From NCBI GenBank assembly GCA_041565275.1, contig JBFGVE010000001.1:25970-89969 (forward strand): a DNA stretch of 64,000 bases, given 5' to 3'. The position numbers and the translations under genes were made by a program. Source of the DNA: Bacteroidia bacterium. Lineage in GTDB: Bacteria; Bacteroidota; Bacteroidia; J057; JADKCL01. Position 1 is the stretch's first letter, and each line of letters starts with the position of its first letter. Under the pieces are notes generated by a model that worked only from the letters and a program-made list of their open reading frames with translations, was not told the origin of the DNA and ran no database searches. Shown here piece by piece: positions 59,376-64,000 of the stretch.

Positions 59376-60695
59376 TTAGAGGCTAAGGGAAATTCCCACC
59401 TGAACATTCAGCCAATAAGGCCTGGCAGACCACAAGTTGTATTCAGACTGGTAGAAATAATTGGTAACGGTTCCCTGGCCGTAGATACCTATTCGTTTGC
59501 TAATCCTATAGCATAGGCCAAGTCCACCTGAGGCACCAGCCTGATTTCCCAGCGGTCCGGTGATTGTGTTCTGTAAAATGGCCTGTCCATCCACAAAGGT
59601 TTTATAATTATCCTTAATCCGCAATCCTATGTCGTATTGCAGGTCTCCTGTAGCATAGAACCTGTATCGGGCCTTTTGAATAATATCATATTGCAAACCT
59701 ACCATTACACCAAGATAATCACGGGTATACCTATGCAACTCCCCATTGATCCCGTCAGCACCTTTGGCTTCGCTTCTTAGCCTGGAATAATTCAAACCCG
59801 GGAGGATGCTCCAGCGGCCATTGAGGTACCACTGCAAGGCAAAGCTGATTGAAACCGGTGTCTGGAAGACTTCCTCATTTCCTAGGGCATTTGATCCCGC
59901 ATCTAAACTTCCCGTTCCCGAATTCAGTGATTGGAAAGCACCTGCTTCCAGACTCGATGAAGGTCCTGCACTGGCAAGTGGAGAATAGTTTGACCCCAAT
60001 CGGGTTTTCAAACCGGTTGGTTCTTCCTTGATATCCGTGAAGTCAACATAACTCAGGTCAGAAATTTCGATTTTCGACTCCATTTTCAGGAGATCGGGTG
60101 TTCTGGAAGCCAGGCCCGTCTGCATCAATTCTTCCGAGGCTAATGTATCATCCCGGTCGCTCAAACTGTTTTGGGCGACTGATTGAAATTGATCGTAAGA
60201 ATATTGATTCTGCCGAGGATACACATCTTTGCTCGGTGTGGTATGGCATGGTATGGCATGGTTATTCTGATCATGATGGATATCAGTAATTAAGTTCTGA
60301 GGCCCGCTCGCTCTGACTCCCTCAACTTTCGATACTAGATCCCGATCCGATCTTTTATCGTCATCTCTGTTTGCCCATTTACTGCTTTTCCCTTCCTTTA
60401 CGGCATCAACCCTCTGACCAGGGCGGAGTAAGGCCCCCAAGCTGACCAAAAGGGTGATTCCTGCCGCCACCGACCACCAAACGAAGGCCTTCCATTTGCG
60501 ATTGGACTGCAATTGATTAGCGATCGCCCGCCAAACCCGGCTATTTGGAGTGTACTCATATCCTGCAAATACGGGTGCCAGGTTGCCCTCCTGTGCCACT
60601 GAATTGGATTCGATCCGATCCCACAACTCTGGCCGTGGCTCGTATTCAAAATCATTGAACATGCCGTCCAGATGTCCTTTATCTCCTGATTGCAT
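59376..60695 (-). CDS. membrane-anchored protein downstream of the ECF sigma factor: possible anti-sigma N-terminus, one TM helix, C-terminal beta-barrel-like domain
   Basis: The track ORF starts at a TTG at 60719. ATGs lie at 60695 and 60662. TM helix WKAFVWWSVAAGITLLVSLGALL. A long Ser/Asp/Gln-rich linker follows. The C-terminal ~170 aa are Gly/Tyr-rich with an alternating pattern and end NVQVGISLSL. Confidence 0.6.
   Translation of the reverse strand: MQSGDKGHLDGMFNDFEYEPRPELWDRIESNSVAQEGNLAPVFAGYEYTPNSRVWRAIANQLQSNRKWKAFVWWSVAAGITLLVSLGALLRPGQRVDAVKEGKSSKWANRDDDKRSDRDLVSKVEGVRASGPQNLITDIHHDQNNHAIPCHTTPSKDVYPRQNQYSYDQFQSVAQNSLSDRDDTLASEELMQTGLASRTPDLLKMESKIEISDLSYVDFTDIKEEPTGLKTRLGSNYSPLASAGPSSSLEAGAFQSLNSGTGSLDAGSNALGNEEVFQTPVSISFALQWYLNGRWSILPGLNYSRLRSEAKGADGINGELHRYTRDYLGVMVGLQYDIIQKARYRFYATGDLQYDIGLRIKDNYKTFVDGQAILQNTITGPLGNQAGASGGLGLCYRISKRIGIYGQGTVTNYFYQSEYNLWSARPYWLNVQVGISLSL
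60240..60262. repeat. 10-bp tandem repeat GGTATGGCAT x2.3 inside the CDS
   Basis: Direct reading of 60240-60262. Confidence 0.85.
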
Positions 60696-61230
60696 TGCTA
60701 TTTGCTGCTTCTGTTTCAATCATCTTCCTTAGTATCTTTCGCGAACGGCTGTATTGGGATTTAGACGTGCTTATGGAAATCCCAAGCTTTTCACCGATCT
60801 CCCGGTGGTTCCACCCTTCAACTGCATAAAGGTTGAAGACGGTGCGGTATCCTGCGGGTAAGCACTGGATCATTTGCATCAGGTCCGCCGCAGACAGGTG
60901 AGAAAAAAGGGATTCATTAGACTCTAGAAAAAAGTCTACTTCTTCCAATTCTGTCTGCATCTGAAACTTTTTCGTCTTTCTCAGGTACATCAGAGCCGAA
61001 TTGACCATTACCTTTCTGATCCAGGCTCCTAATTCACCTCTACCGGCAAAAGAGCCAATCCTGTGAAATACAGTTAAAAAACCTTCCTGTAGCATATCCT
61101 CTGCCTCCTCTTCTGATCCGGCATACCGCATGCATATCCCCATCATTTTGGGGGCATAATGGTTGTATAGCTCACGTTGATGTCTCAATGAGCCTTCCAG
61201 ACAGCCATTGATCAGCTCATTATCTGTCAT
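60679..61230 (-). CDS. RNA polymerase ECF-type sigma-70 family factor
   Basis: 183 aa. Region 2 (YNHYAPKMMGICMRYAGSEEEAEDMLQEGFLTVF). Region 4 (LPAGYRTVFNLYAVEGWNHREIGEKLGISISTSKSQYSRSRKIL). Confidence 0.9.
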   Translation of the reverse strand: MTDNELINGCLEGSLRHQRELYNHYAPKMMGICMRYAGSEEEAEDMLQEGFLTVFHRIGSFAGRGELGAWIRKVMVNSALMYLRKTKKFQMQTELEEVDFFLESNESLFSHLSAADLMQMIQCLPAGYRTVFNLYAVEGWNHREIGEKLGISISTSKSQYSRSRKILRKMIETEAANSNAIRR

Positions 61231-61266
61231 CTGTTTGTTCCCCGAGGGATACCAGTCATTTTCACC

Positions 61267-61294
61267 TTGATGCTATAATTTGTAAAAGGGTTGC
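61267..61294 (-). promoter_or_regulatory. candidate ECF-type promoter (copy B), 36 nt upstream of the sigma factor start
   Basis: The minus strand reads GCAACCCTTTTACAAATTATAGCATCAA. It is 22/28 identical to copy A. Confidence 0.4.
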
Positions 61295-61345
61295 TCAGCA
61301 TGTAATTTTTTCTCATTTTCAGGGAATTGTAACAAAAACACTAAA

Positions 61346-62215
61346 ATGAAGCAATTATTCTTTACAGCATTGCTAATCGGATTTTACATGTTCTTTACAG
61401 GATGTGATGTAGGTAACACTAAATCCGAAGGCACCAAAACTGAAGTTGCGGACCAAACGACGAATCAATTAGGTGAGTCTAATGATAATCAGACCAGTGA
61501 AGCAGAGACTTTCTTTGAAAAGGATGGTCTCAAGGTATATGCTCTCGAAGGCTACCAGGATTATCCCGATGCTAGACTGTCCCTGACCACTCCCGGGCTA
61601 GGTGTTGATCTCCCAACTGGCAGAAACCAGTTCTCTTTTAAGGTAGAGAACTACGAATTGGGAAAACAAACCCGGGGAGCAGATTCTATGGGAATGGCCA
61701 ATTCAGGTAAAGGACAGCATATCCATTTTATTCTTAACAATGGTCCTTACTCTGCCGAGTATGAGCCAGATTTTCAAAAGGAAATGGAAGCCGGTCACTA
61801 CGTTCTTCTGGCTTTCCTGGCAAGGTCCTACCATTTGTCGGTCAAGAAGCCTGGTGCCTTTGTAGTACAACAATTTGTGGTTGGAACTCCCAAAGACAAC
61901 TATAAGGAAGCTGATCTCAGCGCTCCTCACATGTTCTATAGCCGTCCTAAAGGCACTTACAAAGCTGGTGACTATAATAAATTGCTTTTGGATTTCTTTC
62001 TCATCAATTCTGACCTGGCCACAGACGGTAACAAAGTGGTTGCCACTATCAATGGTACAGAGTTTACTTTCACCAAATGGGCTCCTTACATTATTGAGGG
62101 ACTAGAAGCTGGTGAAACCACTATCAAGCTGGAGTACTTGGACAAAGATGGAAATCTGATCAACAGCCCTTTCAATCCGGTTGAGCGCACCGTGGTCCTG
62201 GAAGCCGCCAGTTGA
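61346..62215 (+). CDS. hypothetical lipoprotein
   Basis: 289 aa. Lipobox LIGFYMFFTGC. No family recognised with confidence. Confidence 0.55.
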   Translation: MKQLFFTALLIGFYMFFTGCDVGNTKSEGTKTEVADQTTNQLGESNDNQTSEAETFFEKDGLKVYALEGYQDYPDARLSLTTPGLGVDLPTGRNQFSFKVENYELGKQTRGADSMGMANSGKGQHIHFILNNGPYSAEYEPDFQKEMEAGHYVLLAFLARSYHLSVKKPGAFVVQQFVVGTPKDNYKEADLSAPHMFYSRPKGTYKAGDYNKLLLDFFLINSDLATDGNKVVATINGTEFTFTKWAPYIIEGLEAGETTIKLEYLDKDGNLINSPFNPVERTVVLEAAS

Positions 62216-62298
62216 CGACTTTCTACCCGTACACTACCCAAATTACTTTGGAGCCTTACGAACAAGGAACCATTTTGGAAATTCGCTATCTTTAGGGA

Positions 62299-62877
62299 AT
62301 GAGAATTTCGTTCAATGCCCCCATCGTTCTGGTTTTCACAATCATTTCTGCTGCCGTACTCGGCATCAATGAATGGATCGATAGCTCTTTTATCCAAAGC
62401 TATTTTATGTCCACTGGTCGATTTGAATGGAGCAACCCATGGGACTATTTCCGCTTGTTTTCGCACGTCATCGGACATGCCAACTGGAAGCACCTTGTAG
62501 GGAACTTTTCCTTCATTCTACTGATCGGGCCTATTCTGGAAGAAAAGTACGGTGGTCGAAATCTAATGGTCATGATGTTGATCACCGCTCTGGTTACGGG
62601 ACTACTCAACAATGTTGCTTCCGACACAGGTTTATTGGGGGCGAGTAGTATTGTCTTTATGATGATCCTGCTGGGATCTCTGGTCAATCTGCGCTCTGGT
62701 ACAATTCCATTGACCTTTATCTTCATTGTCATTTTGTATCTTGGTCAAGAGATCTACAATGGTCTTGCGCAGGACGACCAGATCAGCCAATTTGCCCACA
62801 TCATTGGCGGACTTTGCGGAATGATTTTCGGATTTATCTTCAACAACAAAAGGATACCTGTCAAGGTCACCAAATAG
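62299..62877 (+). CDS. rhomboid family intramembrane serine protease
   Basis: 192 aa and polytopic. HANWKHLVGN, catalytic GASSIVF (GxSx), and HIIGGLCGMIFG (catalytic His followed by a GxxxG-like motif). Confidence 0.8.
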   Translation: MRISFNAPIVLVFTIISAAVLGINEWIDSSFIQSYFMSTGRFEWSNPWDYFRLFSHVIGHANWKHLVGNFSFILLIGPILEEKYGGRNLMVMMLITALVTGLLNNVASDTGLLGASSIVFMMILLGSLVNLRSGTIPLTFIFIVILYLGQEIYNGLAQDDQISQFAHIIGGLCGMIFGFIFNNKRIPVKVTK

Positions 62878-62941
62878 CGATCTCACAGATTATTCTAAGC
62901 TTGGGGTATTCGACAGCTATTAGCAAGGCTTCAAAAAGAAA

Positions 62942-63000
62942 TCGTCCTTGGACCTTTTTACAAACAAACAAGTGTTTTATTGTAATTGATCCAAGGACGA
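62942..63000 (-). terminator. hairpin between convergent genes, likely the terminator of the RRM-protein gene
   Basis: The perfect 11-bp arms TCGTCCTTGGA (62942-62952) and TCCAAGGACGA (62990-63000) are separated by 37 nt. On the minus strand the hairpin is followed by ATTTCTTTTT. Confidence 0.5.
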
Positions 63001-63042
63001 ATTTAAATAAACTTCAGTGAAGTCGTCAGGTGGTTAGATATC

Positions 63043-63408
63043 TTAGTATCCGCCGCCACCGCCACGGTATCCACCGCCGCCGCCACCGCCGCGGTATCCA
63101 CCGCCGCCACGGTATCCGCCACCGCCGCCGCCGCCACGGTATCCACCGCCGCCGCCGCCGCGACTCTCTCTTTCACGAGCTTTATTTACTGTCAAGGTAC
63201 GGCCTTCAAGCTCAGCGCCATTTAGGTTTTCGATGGCTGCTGCGCCCTCTTCTTCATTGGACATCTCAACGAAGCCGAAGCCACGCGAACGTCCCGTATC
63301 ACGGTCTAAAATTACTTTGGCTGAGTCTACGGTACCGTACTCTTCAAAGATTTCCTTCAAGTCGTCACTGGTGACGACGTAGGCAAGTTGCCCTACAAAA
63401 ATGTTCAT
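63043..63408 (-). CDS. RNA-binding protein with an RRM domain and a Gly/Arg/Tyr-rich tail
   Basis: 121 aa. RNP-2 NIFVGQL and RNP-1 RGFGFVEM. The C-terminal tail is GGGGGGYRGGGGGGGYRGGGGYRGGGGGGGYRGGGGGY. Confidence 0.92.
   Translation of the reverse strand: MNIFVGQLAYVVTSDDLKEIFEEYGTVDSAKVILDRDTGRSRGFGFVEMSNEEEGAAAIENLNGAELEGRTLTVNKARERESRGGGGGGYRGGGGGGGYRGGGGYRGGGGGGGYRGGGGGY
63046..63162 (-). repeat. GC-rich imperfect tandem repeats encoding the (G)nYR tail
   Basis: On the + strand, recurring units of CCGCC/CCACC runs each end in ACGGTATCC or GCGGTATCC. The region is coding and not a spacer-repeat array. Confidence 0.85.
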
Positions 63409-63567
63409 ATCAAAAGAATTAAATATTCAATTTACGGAGTACTCCTAACTAATTGATCATTCCGGTATTCTACATTTAGCACTCTAAATTGAACTACTAT
63501 CGGATTTCAACATAAGTCCTCGAAGGGCAAATTTAAGCAGAAAAAGTACGAATTCAAAAAAATAGTA

Positions 63568-64000
63568 TTAAAAGTCAAAATGCTCAATTTCCAGCCCCAA
63601 TAGCGGTTGTGGATTGAGATTATCTGAGCGGTCTGCATCCGGCAGTAGACGTAATCCATCCAAATGAACAGCAACCACCTCTTGGGTCGTACGGTATTCA
63701 TGGGTATGCTGTGTTTTCCCATCCATCCAGATCTGTGCTGGCAACCGGTAGTTTTCCCGACTCCCATCCGCATAGATTAATTGCATAATGATCGGTGTGA
63801 CAACCTCTCCTTTGCGCAGCACATCTATTTGATAAACATGGAATGCTTTTTCTTTCAAAGGCTTGAAGTTCTCCAACATTTTTATAATCAACTTTTCATT
63901 ACTCGAATCAGAAGCATCCCAGGTGTCTTTCGTTCCAGTGTATTCATCTTTAAGCCCTTTTTTATCGGTGTAGTATAAAGGATCTTGTTCTTTAACAAAT
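63568..64000 (-). CDS. C-terminal part of a larger protein whose 5' end lies beyond the window (possibly an M1-family peptidase C-terminal region)
   Basis: The track start at 63891 is an internal TTG. The frame stays open to position 64000 (FVKEQDPLYYTDKKGLKDEYTGTKDTWDASDSSNEKLIIKMLENF...). The ...IIMQLIYADGSRENYRLPAQIW... segment resembles, from memory, the tails of Bacteroidota M1 peptidases. Confidence 0.4.
   Translation of the reverse strand, partial: FVKEQDPLYYTDKKGLKDEYTGTKDTWDASDSSNEKLIIKMLENFKPLKEKAFHVYQIDVLRKGEVVTPIIMQLIYADGSRENYRLPAQIWMDGKTQHTHEYRTTQEVVAVHLDGLRLLPDADRSDNLNPQPLLGLEIEHFDF

Noticed and set aside
60240-60262. 10-bp tandem repeat (GGTATGGCAT x2.3) as a possible frameshift or phase-variation site
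   Set aside because: The ORF is open and coding-like on both sides, with the TM helix upstream and the barrel-like domain downstream. There is therefore no evidence of a disrupted frame. It sits in a low-complexity linker, and I record it only as a repeat feature.
63046-63162. Short GC-rich tandem repeats that might suggest a CRISPR-like or minisatellite array
   Set aside because: The units are 9-30 bp, imperfect and contiguous, with no unique spacers. They lie entirely in frame within the CDS and encode (G)nYR.
63030-63374. 114-aa + strand ORF rich in Arg/His (HRRRHRRGIHRR...)
   Set aside because: It is the antisense reading of the Gly-rich (GGC/GGT) tail and RRM domain of the clearly real minus-strand RNA-binding protein gene. 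It is a low-complexity artefact.
1-64000. Search for tRNA, rRNA, tmRNA, riboswitch-like leaders and CRISPR arrays in all intergenic regions
   Set aside because: The intergenic regions are short, mostly under 230 bp. I could see no cloverleaf-compatible sequence, rRNA-like conserved block or repeat-spacer periodicity. A covariance-model scan (Infernal/Rfam, tRNAscan-SE) would be needed to exclude small RNAs.

Overview
This 64 kb window looks like an ordinary chromosomal segment of a Bacteroidota genome. The phylum call rests on a T9SS type-A C-terminal sorting domain, GWxTD and DUF1573 proteins, an ExbB-ExbD-ExbD-TonB cluster, a fused E1 alpha/beta dehydrogenase, a GH3/beta-lactamase fusion and a reversed-order FadB. 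I support about 58 protein-coding genes, nearly all housekeeping or envelope functions. They include metG, mnmA, scpA, scpB-rluB, parE, pruA, lpdA, a MarR-led beta-oxidation operon, a kynureninase cluster and a 1490-aa hybrid sensor kinase. I saw no rRNA, tRNA or CRISPR array. The only clearly accessory stretch is about 12.1-13.6 kb. It holds two decayed transposase remnants flanking a frameshifted repeat-peptide gene fragment. I found no convincing multi-gene novel system. The observations most worth a second look are: (1) an A10 tract (A_AAA_AAG then a stop) that joins a signal-peptide-bearing DUF547 gene to a leaderless beta-barrel ORF in the -1 frame; (2) a 28-nt motif (22/28 identical) upstream of both an ECF sigma gene and a neighbouring lipoprotein/OMP operon; (3) an orphan 322-aa protein with weak, by-eye family-A polymerase-like motifs, preceded in frame by a 39-codon ORF and a single TAA; (4) an amidase_3 gene embedded in the beta-oxidation operon. 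All family assignments come from reading translations by eye. No database search was run.
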